Below, in pieces: positions 1 to 13,899 of a stretch of DNA of 64,000 bases (position 1 is its first letter; the number at the start of each line of letters is the position of its first letter). The notes under the pieces are model-generated. The model had not been told where the DNA came from, ran no database searches, and saw nothing but the letters and a program-made list of their open reading frames with translations. The position numbers and the translations under genes are program-made. The stretch is from Chrysomallon squamiferum. Its lineage: Eukaryota > Animalia > Mollusca. The stretch spans positions 23,126,001-23,190,000 of the forward strand of contig CM022672.1 of assembly GCA_012295275.1 (NCBI GenBank), read 5' to 3'.

Positions 1-1199
1 AAAGAAAACGTTTATAATAATAAACAATAAAGTTTTTTCTTTAATCAAGATCTCTTAGAACTCAAGAGTTAGACGCGCAGGGTACAAGGCGCTGATTTAT
101 AGCGCTCGTTCTGAGGGCTGGTTTGAAGTAAATCACAGCTACACGTGTGGGGATTTCAAGTAGAATTTTAAACTGAGACATAAAACTATTTAGGACTGCC
201 GATCTGCCTGGCAGTGAGTTACTATATGTGTTTCCTCACAAACAGGCCAAGATGTGGCTGAAGAGCAGGTGAGAATATTTTAAAAAGCCACCAAATAATC
301 AAGAAGAAGTAGGAAAAAAAAAAAAAATTTGATAAAAAAATCCTCATCCACACCGACCTCCCCTCAAAACACAAACATCAGAACTCCAGTTTACCTTTTT
401 AACCTGATTTATAGTACGTACATACATACATATATACATCTTGTTTCTTGGGTTTTTTCCTAGTTCGTGTTCAAATCTACAGTAATGCACGGCTTATCCA
501 AGAATTATTCTATGAGGGCTTGACAATTCCCCTACGCAGGTTTACAAGTTAAAAAATGCCAAAGTTACGAAGTAGACACTTTAGTGTATTTTCGTAAGAA
601 GAAGATGAAGAAGAAGTTCTTCCACAGTTAGCCACTTTAATATAAATAAAAACACATGTAGTGTTCTTGGCGTTGATGGTAAAAACTCTTTGACCATCAC
701 TGGATCCAAGTCTGTCAACTGCAGAATATTTAATTATTTTTTAATTTTTAATCTGTTACAAGAAATAGTTTTAATTTAAACCAGAAAAAGCGAATCTTTT
801 TATTGGTCTTTTTCTGGAAAAGTAATTTGACTTTTGTTTCAAAGGTATTGCTCTTCAGTTTGTGTGTTTACAGAAGATGAAAACAAGGTGAAGACAGATT
901 AAGTTCACATGTACATACATATATATACAGAAAGAGAAAGATAGCGAGTGAGAGATTTTCGTTTTTAAAATCGTTGAAGAAACAGAAATCCACCTTGCAG
1001 ATTGCATCTATTTTCAGTGTAACATTATTTTACGTCTTTACATGTTAATAATGTTAAAAGTGTTTGATATAATGTATTTAAAGTGAAACTTAGAAAATAA
1101 TAATAATACAAATAATAACAAAAATAAAATAATAAAAAAATCAAACATACGAAAAAATCCACCAAAAAAAAAAAAAAAAAAAAAAAAAACAAAGAAAAA

Positions 1200-1620
1200 A
1201 TGCACGCGCATGAACATTGTTTCTGAATGCCCTCTGTTCATCCCTGTACTTGGAATACGCCAGTTGGTACGTGCATGTTCCCGCAATGAGGAATCATTTA
1301 GCGTAAAGAACGTGCACACACGGCATGGGGCAGATGCACGGCAAGAAATAATTTCCACGTGCACTTCTCCGCCATTTACCCTGACTTTTTGTTGACCTTT
1401 CACCAGTGTAAACACTGGGAGTGGCGCGCTTCTTTCTCCTGCCGTGCGCGCAAAATGGCGACCACGGAACCAGGAAGTCTCGATTTGAAAATGAAGTCAA
1501 TATAAACAACGCCAAGAGCCGCACTGGAGGGAGTCAGTTGACACGCTGTTTTAAATGTTATCGACGCAATTTGATAAACGCTCGATGAAGATGTTAATAA
1601 ACAGTGTGCTGTTTTTTTGA
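1200..1620. promoter_or_regulatory. CpG-rich enhancer/promoter-like island
   Basis: CACGTG 1356-1361, TGACCTTT 1393-1400, dyad CCAGTGT-AA-ACACTGG 1403-1418 containing TGTAAACA (forkhead-like), CAAAATGGCG 1451-1460 (YY1-like), CAGGAAGT 1471-1478 (ETS-like). Confidence 0.45.
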
Positions 1621-1841
1621 CCACACAGGAAAACTAATTTACGGTTAATGGATAAATAAACTATATATTGATGTTAATTTTGTTTTATATGCAAGATCAG
1701 CAAATAACTCAAATGTTACACAACATCTGCGGAATTTTGATTTTAATCATAGTTATGAATGCTTTTGGATCTCGAATGTCTTAAAGCTCACGTAGGGTTA
1801 TAAATGCTTAGGGCAATGCACATAAGTGCAGGCACATTCAC

Positions 1842-1845
<4 letters not shown>

Positions 1846-1932
<87 letters not shown>
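1846..1932. repeat. (GA)n microsatellite
   Basis: Perfect dinucleotide run. Confidence 0.98.
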
Positions 1933-1936
<4 letters not shown>

Positions 1937-3244
1937 CTGTAAGTCGTTTGCAAAAATCTTTCTGCATAATAATTTTTTTTCTTTAACACGAGTTAAGTAA
2001 CAAATTTTGTCTTAAAGTTAAAAAGAAACGAAAAGAATAATAATAAACAGAAGACTAGACATACAAACTCGAGCAGTTAATTTTCCTACAATAAGTCCTC
2101 CACATACAGTGTGAGAAAAAAAAAAGTGAATAAAAGAATAATTATGAATTAAAACTAACCAAAGCTTTAAATCGCTTCAAGTTCACTTTAAATATCCCCT
2201 GCTGAGAGTATCGATTATAAACTGTTTAATCGTTTTTTTTTTTTTTTTTTTTTTGAAGAAACATTTACGGCTTTACAATGCACCTAAGTCAACATAAATT
2301 GTGTTTTGAATTAAATTAACAGAAAATAAAAAAAAAAAAAATGGTAAAATGAAACGAAGTCTTAAACCGACAATAAAGATTTTCTTTGTTCTCTACTGAA
2401 AGTTTTTAGTTCGTATCACAAACAATAGCAAGGGAGGAAACGGGGTTAGGAACAAAAAGTCATGATTATACAAAAGATGCTCAAAGGTCAGATGAATTTT
2501 CTAACCTAGATATTGATATTTTAACAGAACGACGCGGCCGATAGGAAATGTAAATTTAATCATATGCAAAATGAAGTACAGAAGTCAATTTCAAAGGTTT
2601 TTATATATATATCATGTATCTCTCCCTGACATTCGCATTTGTGTATTTAAGGCATATTCAACAACGTTACTGACACACAAAGGATCACCAGGTGGCACGT
2701 ATCCGAAGAGCGGCTCGCTATTGTAATGTGTATATATTTTGCGCTCTCGACGTGTGTTTTTTTCGTCACCGTGACTGATGCTGCTGTCGCTGCCATCACA
2801 GGTGTTAATGCGCGTGAAATATAGTTCTTTTTAAGACGTTTTTCATCGTTTTCAACGTCTCCGCTTGACGTATAAACTCCAGAAAGACTTTTAACCTGAC
2901 AGTGGATTAAATTTGACTAAACACAAAGAAATGGTTTTCTACAGCATCAGCATCATACTGGGCTTAGTTTTTGTTGTATTATAATGGTGTGTTTTATTTG
3001 AATCTTCACCTATAAAAACATGTTCGTGAAAATTCGTTTTAACAAACACACTGTGTTGTAGTTTTTCTAAAAATGCGAAACTCTGGCTATGAAATATGTG
3101 CTGTCTTTACGTTCCATTCTGTAACATTTGATTTATTAATTACAAAGCTGTGATAATGTATCATAATAGACTGTGATATTATGTTTCTGTATAGTGATAA
3201 TGTGAATGAGTACATATGAGGTGGAAATATATTAATGTCTCCTG

Positions 3245-3246
<2 letters not shown>

Positions 3247-3287
<41 letters not shown>
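3247..3287. repeat. (AC)n microsatellite
   Basis: Perfect dinucleotide run. Confidence 0.98.
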
Positions 3288-3289
<2 letters not shown>

Positions 3290-4496
3290 ATTCTCAGCTA
3301 ATAGATGAAATCAGACATACACATATACTAATAATAATGAAAAGAAAAACAACAACAACAGCAATGTAGAAATATGTAAATAATTTACATCGTTTATCTT
3401 TGCAGCTTTATGTTGGCAATTATCACTGACAAATAGACGAATTACTTTTGAAACTGATATACTAATGTCTCACAAACTGCGTTATGTTGTTCTCAATTGC
3501 AATTAAACTGTCGGAGTAGACGTAGGAGAAAACTGAAAAATCTCCACACCTTGTAGCTGGTCATTTGTCATACGAGAAGTAAAAATAAAAATAAATAAAA
3601 ATAAAAATTTCATCTATGTATATACGTGTACTGGCAATCCTGGTTGTTCCTCATGATCGTGGAGCAAAAATAAAAAAATAAAAATAAAATAAAATAAAAT
3701 AAAAAAAATAAAAAATAAAAGGAAAACAAAATGTTCGGATTTAAAAATGAAATAAAAGAAAAATAAATATATTTTTAAAACGGTGTGAAGTTTTAAATCT
3801 TGATTCTGCTTTGTAGACAGGTTGCTGCCATGTCGAAAATTCCTTGAGGAATAGAACAAAGAGAGAAAAAAAAAAAAAAGGAAAAAAAAGAATAAAAATC
3901 CTTTGGCTAGTTCTTCGCCCCGATCAGTTAACAGACGAGCTAGGAGAATCGTTTATAAAAAAAACTATTTTTCACGCCTCGCAGCTTTAGAGCCTTGGGA
4001 GATGTTAAACAGCAGGGAAGGCCACTATACATGTGGTTAACGATATCTAAATTGATATATGGGAGTGAAAATTATTCTAGCAAATCATGCATCCGCTGGT
4101 GGAAACCAGTTGGTGAAGAAAAACCTTTTGACTTACGAGAAAAAACGGAACCGCAGGTCGGAACTGTTCGGTTGAAGTCGTAAACCGCTTCAAGTGCGAT
4201 AGCCGGATAATTAGCTAAAGTGTATTAAAACCTGTCTAGTTTGAAGAAGACAGACAGAAATAATCTTCTTCTTTATTGTTCAGTGGTTTCTCGTTATTTA
4301 AGAAACAGACAATGACAATTCCTGACTGTTTCTCTTTCCCATTGTGTTTCTTAATATAACCCGTTTTTATATCCACTTTCGCTTCTTTCTTTTTCACATT
4401 TAGCAGTTTATGAATGTTTTATATTTTAAAAATCATAAAAATCTGTGTGAAAAAATTCAGTATTCAAGCAGATATTTGGATGAAGTACTGCAATCC

Positions 4497-4677
4497 GTTT
4501 TTTTTTGAAAAAATGGGTATAAATACAAAATACAAAATGAAAGCAGACTTCATTAAAAACCTGATATACAGATAAGATGATCAAAACCTTTTTTTTTAAA
4601 AGGGGTTGTAAATACAAAATACAAAATGAAAGCACACTTCATTAAAAACCTGATGTACAGATAAGATGATTAAAACC
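4497..4677. repeat. Tandem duplication, 89-bp period, 2 copies
   Basis: AAATACAAAATACAAAATGAAAGCA(G/C)ACTTCATTAAAAACCTGAT(A/G)TACAGATAAGATGAT starts at 4521 and 4610. Confidence 0.9.
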
Positions 4678-7010
4678 AATGAAGCTGACACGCTTCATTG
4701 AAAATTGTTCTCCTGTCTCAACCATGTGGTAAACCATGCATGTTTTCCTCTTCCGTTTCCTTTCAGTTAACCAACCAAAACCCGAGCTTAATTGAACCGG
4801 AACGTGTACAAAACGGTGGCTGTTTTAGAACGAAGTAAAAACAGAACAAAAAGAAAAAAGATGTTGATGATTCATAGAGATGAACAATGAATTTAATTGT
4901 ACTTAAAGTCATAATATAAAGCTGGTTTATTGATCTGTGGAGTTTTTGTTCTCATCAGGTCTCTACGCTGTGGAGTATATAAAGGCATTATTGAGAAGCT
5001 TTCCTAAATTTTAATCACATCAGATTAACCATGTTAGGTTAAATACACTGACTATCTAATAGATGATTTTTAGAACCCTATCTCTTCTCAAAAAACTCCT
5101 CAAAGTTTTGACATAAAGTAAACTCATCTATCTAACCACACATAATTATACAGACCCCTAAAATACTCTTAAACAAATCACTAAAAACAAAAAAACAAAA
5201 GAATAAGAAAAAAAAAAAAAAAAAAATCATCAACATATTTATTATACCCCCAAAACAAAACAGCAATACAAACAAACAAAACAAAAAAGAAAAAAAAAAA
5301 AAAAAAAACAAAAAAGAAAAAAAAAAAAAAAAAAAAAGTTCTACACATGCTAATGAAACAGAAGACTAAAACCACATCAAAACTAAATATAAATTAATTA
5401 ATTAATTTATTTTTTTAAATTTAAAATAAGTAATGGAAAATAATGAAGAAAAAGAACACACTAAACAAAAAGAAGAATGCCTCACATTAATAAAGAACAC
5501 TTCAAGGGAAAAGAATCCTTTTGTATCTGCAGCGTGAAAATTGACGTGTAAACTGTACACACAAAACATATTCCTTGTCTTCCTTTATTTACTCAACGAC
5601 TGCATTGCTTGATTTGCTAATCTACAGAGACGTTTAGACAATGCAGCAACGTGCACGACAGGCATTGTTAAGGCAAAGACTTGTGGCGATAAAAGACAGA
5701 AACAAACATTATTGTAGCAGATAAAAACTCTTTCAGTGAAGAGTGTACAGATACGAGAATTCCGAGACACAGAAGATAAATGTTTCAAAGACAGAGGTAA
5801 CCGTGTTTTGTGAGAAAACACGTCTGAGAAAGAACTGTGCGATACGGCTTGTCCCATCTGGTTCCACTTACAGATCAAGTATTTTAAACATATATATATA
5901 AAAGATATATTAAAAAAAATTACAATAGAATAGGGAAAAAGAAAGAAAGAAAGAAAAAAAGAAAAAAAAACTCCAACAAACTTTAAAAACAAATTAAAAA
6001 AACAACAATTAAAAATAATAAAATTAAAAATAATAAAATTAAATATTTCCTATTACTATGTCTACTACTAATCCTAATGCAGCGACGATATCACCACCAT
6101 CTACTGGTACTACTACCTTTTCTCTTGTTACTTCTACTACTTCTGTTACTACTACTAGTACTAGAGATCTACAATTTATTCTACATCAACATCACTATCA
6201 GCAGTAACAACAACAACTACTATTACCATTACTACTAATACTTAATACTATTAATAATGCTATTTCTATTACATCTTCTTACTGACGTCATTATTAGTCT
6301 TGTACCTTTTTGCTTTTCCACAACGTCTATTATAACAACTTCCATTGATTTTACTGCTTCTGCAAACACCTCTACATTAATATAACTACTACTACAACAT
6401 CTGTTTTGCTGCTTTTATTATTACTTCTGTTTCTTACACTGCTTCTGTATCTATTAACACGCGGCTGTAATAATAATACTAGTCAATAGCACAATGTGCT
6501 TGTTTAATAAACGTGGACGTAAAGAATTCGTCATTCCATTTGTTGTGAAAACAAACACCCTCGGTTATGTTGTGTTACGACTTGTAAACAGTCCACACAC
6601 GTAAAAGACGAAGTCATCCACTCCAGTTTACAAAGAGTGAAGGAGTTTTGTCTTTTTAACGATTGCTAAGATAAATGCACAAAGACGAGCGCTGTGTTTC
6701 AGCGATTAGGGCAAATCCTCCAAAGCCAGTTCAGACGTCATGCAGAAAATCAGCAGACGTCGTATTTCACAACAGTGACGTCTGCGAACACTTCTTTCAA
6801 ACAACAGCAAAGATAGATGATTTTATGATTAAATTATTGTTATTAGAAAAAATATTAAATAATGAATTATTATTCGTGATATATGTTTAATCAAATTAAT
6901 TTTAAAATTTGGAAAAATAACATTAATTATTCAAACACATTTTTTTTTTAATTTCCGTAACCTGCCGTCTCTACCTGAAAAACAAAGAAACAATAATACT
7001 AAAAAAAAAA

Positions 7011-7295
7011 AAGAATGTTTTTTTTTAACGAAATTCCAAACAGATTTGTTTTTTTTATTAAAGGTTATTACGTGATTGTGTAATGGTAGACAGTGAAAAT
7101 ACATCCGATGCCTCCATCCTATAGGTTTTCTTTATGGACACACGCAATGAACCTTATATAATAAGCTTCTTCCTGATGACAGAGGAGTACATACCATGAT
7201 ATTTTTATACACTGTTCGTGTAAACTAGTTAAGACAGTAAATAGCTCACTGATACTAAAATCGGAATTGATCCTTTGCGATATTTACGCCTGATA
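7011..7295 (-). mobile_element. Highly decayed tRNA-derived SINE, near full length
   Basis: Colinear with the copies at 23420 and 31513 and with a gastropod SINE consensus I recall (tail AATGTTT..TTAACG, core GAGTACATACCA, AAATAGCTCA, head ATTGATCCT). Boundaries approximate. Confidence 0.5.
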
Positions 7296-9300
7296 AAAAC
7301 ATTAAAAAAAAAAAAAAAAAAAAAAACCCATTATATACAACTTTCACAACAAACACAATATGCACCTCATCTGTAGAGTGAAACAAAGTGGTGTTTGTTT
7401 TAAACACTCCTGTATTTCTCTTAAAACACTAATTATCACAGCAAGCCATTTACTACACAACGTGTATTTGTGCGAGAGATAACATTAAACCACTCTGTTA
7501 TGAGGATTACAACAGATTTCTTCAAACACTGGCACAACTCTGGCAACTTTCCACAGTTACTCAGTTATACAGATACACAACATCTGTAGTTACGAACTTA
7601 ACGGGGGGGGGGGAGTTAGTGAATTTTACACCAACTCGTTACTACTGTTACTACTACACTGCAACCAATAATAATGATAAGATAATGAAAATGAAAATAA
7701 TAACAACCACAACAAAGAACTATAACAACATCATCAAACAACAACAATAACAATAAACAGAAAAAGAAAATAAATACAAAAGAAAAATAGTAATAATAAA
7801 GAATCAAAAAGAAATGAATAATTATTATGCCATTGTTTCTTTCTGAATGCATTGTACATGCATCATTAATATTTTTTGGAAACATGCAGTTTGAGATGTA
7901 TTGTTCTACAGGCATGCTGCAAACACCTCTTTTCAGTATCCTGTATTCACCTCTTGTCTGGATGTTCGCCAGATTAAAGATTACGTAGTTTCAGTTTGTT
8001 TATGGCTATTCTTTCGTGCACGTGAGTCAGACAAGGAGTACTACATGGAAGAACTGTACAAATATGGAATGGTTGCCACAGAAACCAAAGAGAAATATTT
8101 AAATTTACAAAGTTAAGAACTTTGTTATATAATCGTGTTAATTTGTGCAATATATATATATATATATAAAAAAAAAAAAAAAAACGAACATAGATTCATA
8201 TACAAAGAGTTCTTCAAATAACCTTTTTTTTTCATAGCTACCTAACTGAACAAAGAAGAAAAAAACAAATTAAAAAAGAAAAGAAAAAAGAACAACAAAC
8301 TGAAAGCTGAATCTTCATATATAACAATAATAACAGAGGCAACAACAATAACGATATGAATACCACCAGCATCGCCAAGCAGTTATAGAAAATAAATATT
8401 TTGGAATTCAAGACAGACTTAACCGTTTATAAATACATTGAAAAATCTTAAGAAATTCCTTTGTCTTTGCTATTCTCGTCTAATTCAGAATTTCCCTTTT
8501 AGTGGTTTAGATCTGAACTATGCGACATATTGAAAACATGAATGGGCTGAACAACCCTGTTCTTATTCCGTGACCTCACCTTCAAATGCAGCCAATATAA
8601 ACTTCAGTAGACTAAAAATAAGATTACAAGTCTACGTTTTTATCTGTTCACACTGAACGCCAAATTCATCTACGGGATGTCAGAAAACCGACTACCTTCA
8701 AGGATGTTATAAACTATCATGCAAATTCATTGTATTCTTAAAATACCAGACTTTCCATAAAGTTCACTCCCTTCCCAGACAGACTCAGCTGCATTGTTGT
8801 AGGATGGCGCTATAACTAGTTTTCTGTCTGATTCTATCCGTCTCGTGTTTGCCTTGGCTAACAATTTACGACATTCCTGTCTATACAGAGATCGTAATGA
8901 TCTGACATCCTAAATTTAGTAGAAACTTGGACGACGCTGCACGTATGTGTATAAGAACGCATTTATCCGTCTGTAGCTCTCTCTGTTTATTCGTATGTTT
9001 CTTATTATTGTTGTAGCATTATAAACCATGTTTTATATGTTCTATAAGTATCTAATTTTCCTCTCCCAAACAAGCAGAATGCCAATACGTATTGGTCCGA
9101 AATAAAGTTATTGCTTGGAACCGATATAAAGCCGGCCCATATGTCAGTGGCGAACGGACGCCATGATAAATCTTTCTTTATAAATCCCAACAATGTTAAT
9201 AGGGTCATAATTCGTAATGACTTAATTCTTAAAATACAAATTCATATATTGAGTGCAGTCATAATCATAAAAATAAACAGTCACACTAAAGTAAGTGTTT

Positions 9301-9377
9301 ATGAATGAATGAATGAACATTCAACAACACCACAACATAAAGAAATTTGACCAGTGGGTGTGAACAAAATGGTTATC
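9301..9377 (-). mobile_element. SINE 3' tail remnant
   Basis: (ATGA)n followed by CATTCAACAACACCACAACA..TGGGTGTGAAC, a degenerate version of the tail at 31513. Confidence 0.45.
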
Positions 9378-11073
9378 AAATAATATTTTTTTTTTTTTTT
9401 TTTGACTTCGTTTTTATCTCTCTGTGGTTTTGAGTTTACAAACACAGTGAGTTTTCTGTTACTGACAGCTCTTTTGTGAGCAGCGGTATATCGACATTTG
9501 TACTGTCATAAGTAAAGTTATTTACAAAACGTGTATTAACATTTAAACAGATAAATAGCAAATCACTGTCGATATAATAATATATGTTAATATGCTGATA
9601 AGTTACTTTTATTTATACTTGAGAAGGAATGTTTACTGAAGCCTATATATGTGAAATACAATGTCGTTTGCATGTATTCAAATAAATAAATAAATAAATA
9701 AATAAATAAATTCGAAAGTCTGGAATTTTAAGAAAGTCTGGAAGTTTTCTGACATCAGGTAGATGACTGTCTGGGTTTATATATATACACGTATTTAGGT
9801 AAACATAAAATATATAAGAAATTGTCTGATTGTTCCGCATTTTATTTATTACCTACTAACGACTCTACAGGCGGCCTGACCATTCAAGAGTAACAAGACC
9901 AAGATAAATGTGTAAAACGTGGAACGTTGACAGGTTGTGAAGTTGTTATAACTTAATTAAGTGGAAAATACCTTTTCAGATATTTTAAACACTGATAATC
10001 AATCAGTAATGCAAATTATGAAAACATGACCATTGCTCTCCAGTTAATCCATACAACTTACAATTATTTAATTGAAGAAAAACATCAAACCTTTTCAGAC
10101 AGAACAGATTGTTACTGATCTAGCTACTTAGATATTGCTTCTAACTTGAAATGACTTACTGAAACGAAAAACTATCCCTGCCTTTTAACTACCTTTCAGA
10201 TGTAGATCATTTGAATAACGTATATTATGTAGATGTGATTATAGTTATTTTAGTTATTGTTTACGTCTAGTTATGTATTATAATGGCATTATTCAATGAT
10301 AAAAATCTTTTGGGATACAGTAAAACCTTATTTTTGTTGCACACAAGTTGTATAGGTTACTGTAATATTTATGTGTATATATAAAACCAACCGAATTCAC
10401 TATCATTAATATAAATCGCCAAACTGAGATGAATCAGCACATACGTCTACTGGCTCTTTTTTTGAAACATTTTTATTATTATTTTTTTTATTCACATATT
10501 TACGCATGATTTAATCTTATTTACTGCTTCATAAACAATTATATTTACCTACTGACATCTTGTATCGTTTGCGTATATTTATGTATTAAGTAATTGAATT
10601 CGTGTGTAATAAAATATATACAGACGCATTTACTGGTAAATATGTCATGGTGCATATATACAATTACAGCAGTGTTTGTATTGTTATTATGAAAGACATT
10701 CTTTAATAAATAAATTAACATTTTAAACGATTTTATTTTCCAATAGAATCACATTTGAGATTTTAATGTAAATTTCTATCCGGTTAACTGAACAATATTA
10801 CACTAAAAAGAAAATAACTACTGTTAGAAAATGTACAATTCATTCAACATTACTGCACAGAAATAACATAATCCCAATCTGTTTTGAATTCAGAATTACT
10901 AGCGGTAATGGGCGCTTTTTTTGTTTGTTAACTGCTGGGAATACGATTTAAGAATACAGCATTTAAATGTCCACGACATGCCATTAACTGGGTAACCAGT
11001 CAGATAATAACGAATAGAAACGTCGTCTCAATAATAATCCTGGATTCATAATTAACTCCCTTTTTGTCTGCAG

Positions 11074-11229
11074 TATGGCAAAGCAAATGTAACATATTTG
11101 TAATGTTACGACAAAAAAAAAAAGAAAAAAAGTAGTAGTAGTAGTAGTAGTAGTAATACTATGGCAAGGCAAATATGCCATATTTGTAATGTTACGACAA
11201 AAAAAAAGCAGTAGTAGTAGCAGTAGTAA

Positions 11230-11276
<47 letters not shown>

Positions 11277-11368
11277 ATACTATGGCAAGGCAAATATGCC
11301 TTGTTTGAAATGTTACGATAATAAAAATAGTAGTTGGAGTAGCAGTAATAGTAGTACTACAACAACTG

Positions 11369-11405
<37 letters not shown>
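11074..11405. repeat. Composite minisatellite: three ~39-bp cores separated by poly-A and (GTA)n
   Basis: Core TATGGCAA(A/G)GCAAAT....ATATTTGTAATGTTACGA at 11074, 11160 and 11281. Confidence 0.9.
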
Positions 11406-13382
11406 CAATTGCCTCATGGCTGTGTCTTAAAGCAAAGCGGTACAATTATATCTTCGCTAATATATGATACTGCTGTCATAGTGATCAAGTCTGTGGTATA
11501 TATATATTGACTAAAACCGAGTTGGGGTTACATTTGGGATACGACCGGAAATACGTACAGCGTAAAACGATTCTAACGTTTACTTGTGAAAGTTTCGGTT
11601 AATTACACAGCGGGCGAATAACCCCATTATCAGAGTGTATCTAAAGGGAGACAATAACCACTGAATTAACGTTGTCAACAACGTCAAGGACCTCGTATTG
11701 TCCAGCAAACAGGTGACCGCTTGCTGACAGTGGTCATTAGAATGTTGTTATTTACTATCAGTCGTTTAGGAAATAGAACAGGTAAAGATAATTAAGTCCA
11801 TAGGAGAGAAAAAGGAAAAAAAAAAAAAAAAAAAAAAAAAGACGGAAAAAAGAAAAGAGTGTAAAAGAAGTCATCTTGCAATAGTAACGTTGTTGTAAGA
11901 GCTTTAATATAGTAGCAATAAAACTAGTGACAGTACTTGTAGTGGTAATAGTAAAATTAACAGTAGAAGTAACAGTTATAGTATTCAGTAGTATTAATGA
12001 TTAAAAATAATGATAACAGTAAAAATAGTAGTAGTACTAATAGCGATAGCAACAATACTAAGAGTTGTGACAATCGACAGTTTTAATTAGAGTTATGATA
12101 ACTACTGGTAAAGATTTTACACCATTAACAATAACGTCTATTAAAATAAACGTAAAACAGTGATAACAGTATATTAGTACACGCAGTAATAGTTACAGCA
12201 ACAGTCAAAAAATAGCTTTAAAAAGTAGAGTACAAATTTCATTATCTTTCAAACAGTAAAAGTGTTAAGTAATAAACATTGTAGTTGTATCAAAGCAATT
12301 CTTACAAAACGCCAGTGTTAAATATGATAGAAGAGCTGCATTTAAACTGTATTTAGAAATAAATCTTAAAATTACTGACAAAAATATTGGAAAATATTTG
12401 TGTTAAAATTATTTACATCTGTACTGGAAAAGGACTGTGTAGAAATTATTTACAAACACCCTGGAAAACGATAACGTTAACAACTTAGATAATGCCACTT
12501 TAACTTCACACAAAGAAAGAGAAAGTTCCATAATCCCTACTTGATCTGTAAGATTCAATAAAAGTCTGAAAACACGGAATAACGAAGTCACGCGTGGAAT
12601 GGAATAAGCGCACCACAATGGAGGAAAACAATCATCAACAACATAAAGACCCGTGTGATATGAATTTATCGCCCATCAGTATTTCCCACTGCCCGTGCAG
12701 CAAACCGCTAAGGACCACAAACATGAAATCTCCGGCTTAACAAAACCCATTTACAAAACAAGTCTAAAACTCTCGCTCTCTCAAGGCCCAAACATTTAAC
12801 GTTCTAAGAGTTTATAACTGAAGTTAATGAAGCATCCACATCTCCTGGATTTTATTTAGTTTGAGAACTGTTTGGGTTTCTAGAGTAGCCACTGAGATGT
12901 TAATGAACTGTAACGCCAGTTGTTGTTCGCTGTGCTGTTTACGCATTTAGAGTTTAAAACCGGACTGAGCGAAAAATAAAGTCTAGACAAAGATATTAAA
13001 TTAATTCTTTATTCCCTGCTCCTTTATTTTTTTTGTTCTTTTGTTTGGTTAATGAAAAGGTAAAAATAAAACAGAAAAAAGTAATAAAAGAAGTATTGTC
13101 CATATATGTAATCATAAATACATATAGACGGGCTTGTATGCACACAAACGCAGCCACACACACAAACTACTATCATCTTAAGTTCTTTCATCTAACAATA
13201 CTACTGAAGTGAAGCAATGTCCCGAAGCTCTAGGTCACAGGTAGTTAAACTGCTAAAGGGTCTAAACGTGTTTTAATTGAACTTTATAAAATATTATTGA
13301 AAATGTGTTCGAATTACTATATATTTAGTGTAGCATACACAAACACACACATATACAAAAAAAAAAAACCGAAAAAAGAAAA

Positions 13383-13386
<4 letters not shown>

Positions 13387-13418
<32 letters not shown>

Positions 13419-13490
13419 ATGTATGTATGGTATGTATGTATGTATGTATGTCTGTATGTATGTAAAGAATACATATATATATATATATAT
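13387..13490. repeat. (TA)n/(TATG)n compound microsatellite
   Basis: Direct observation. Confidence 0.9.
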
Positions 13491-13899
13491 TCATATCACA
13501 CACACATGATTGTTTTCCTCCATTATATATACACAAACATACAAACACGACACACACACATAAATATATAAAGTAATTAGTGGGATTTTGATATTTTAAA
13601 AAGGAAAAAAAAAAAAAATAAAAAAAGAAAAACAAAATTAGAAAAAATTAAAAAGAGAAACAAAACCCATCCACATTCCCCCTCAAAAAACCCAATAATT
13701 ACACAGCAAGAAAAGTAAATATAAAAAAAACACTGCATCCCCCCACATCTCCTGGAAGAAAGAAAGGAAAAGAACTGGACAAAAAAAAAAAAAAAAAAAC
13801 AAAATTATTATAAATATAGCAAAAGTTACAAAAATGAAAACATAAACATAAAACAAAACATACATTAAAAAACTGTATTTTATCGATCATGGATTTTAT

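Noticed and set aside
640-722. Minus-strand LTDLDPVMVKEF after a CTGCAG acceptor as Tincar exon 2
   Set aside because: TDLD echoes the expected motif, but the frame needs phase 0, there is no preceding Trp and the pyrimidine tract is poor.
8020-8116. Protein-like plus frame ESDKEYYMEELYKYGMVATETKEKY
   Set aside because: No homology recognised and no good splice sites.
11074-11320. CRISPR-like repeat-spacer appearance
   Set aside because: Eukaryotic context, only three non-identical repeats, spacers are simple repeats, no cas genes.
13700-13780. Strong minus-strand acceptor TTCCTTTCTTTCTTCCAG
   Set aside because: Followed by low-complexity sequence and an early stop, with no donor.
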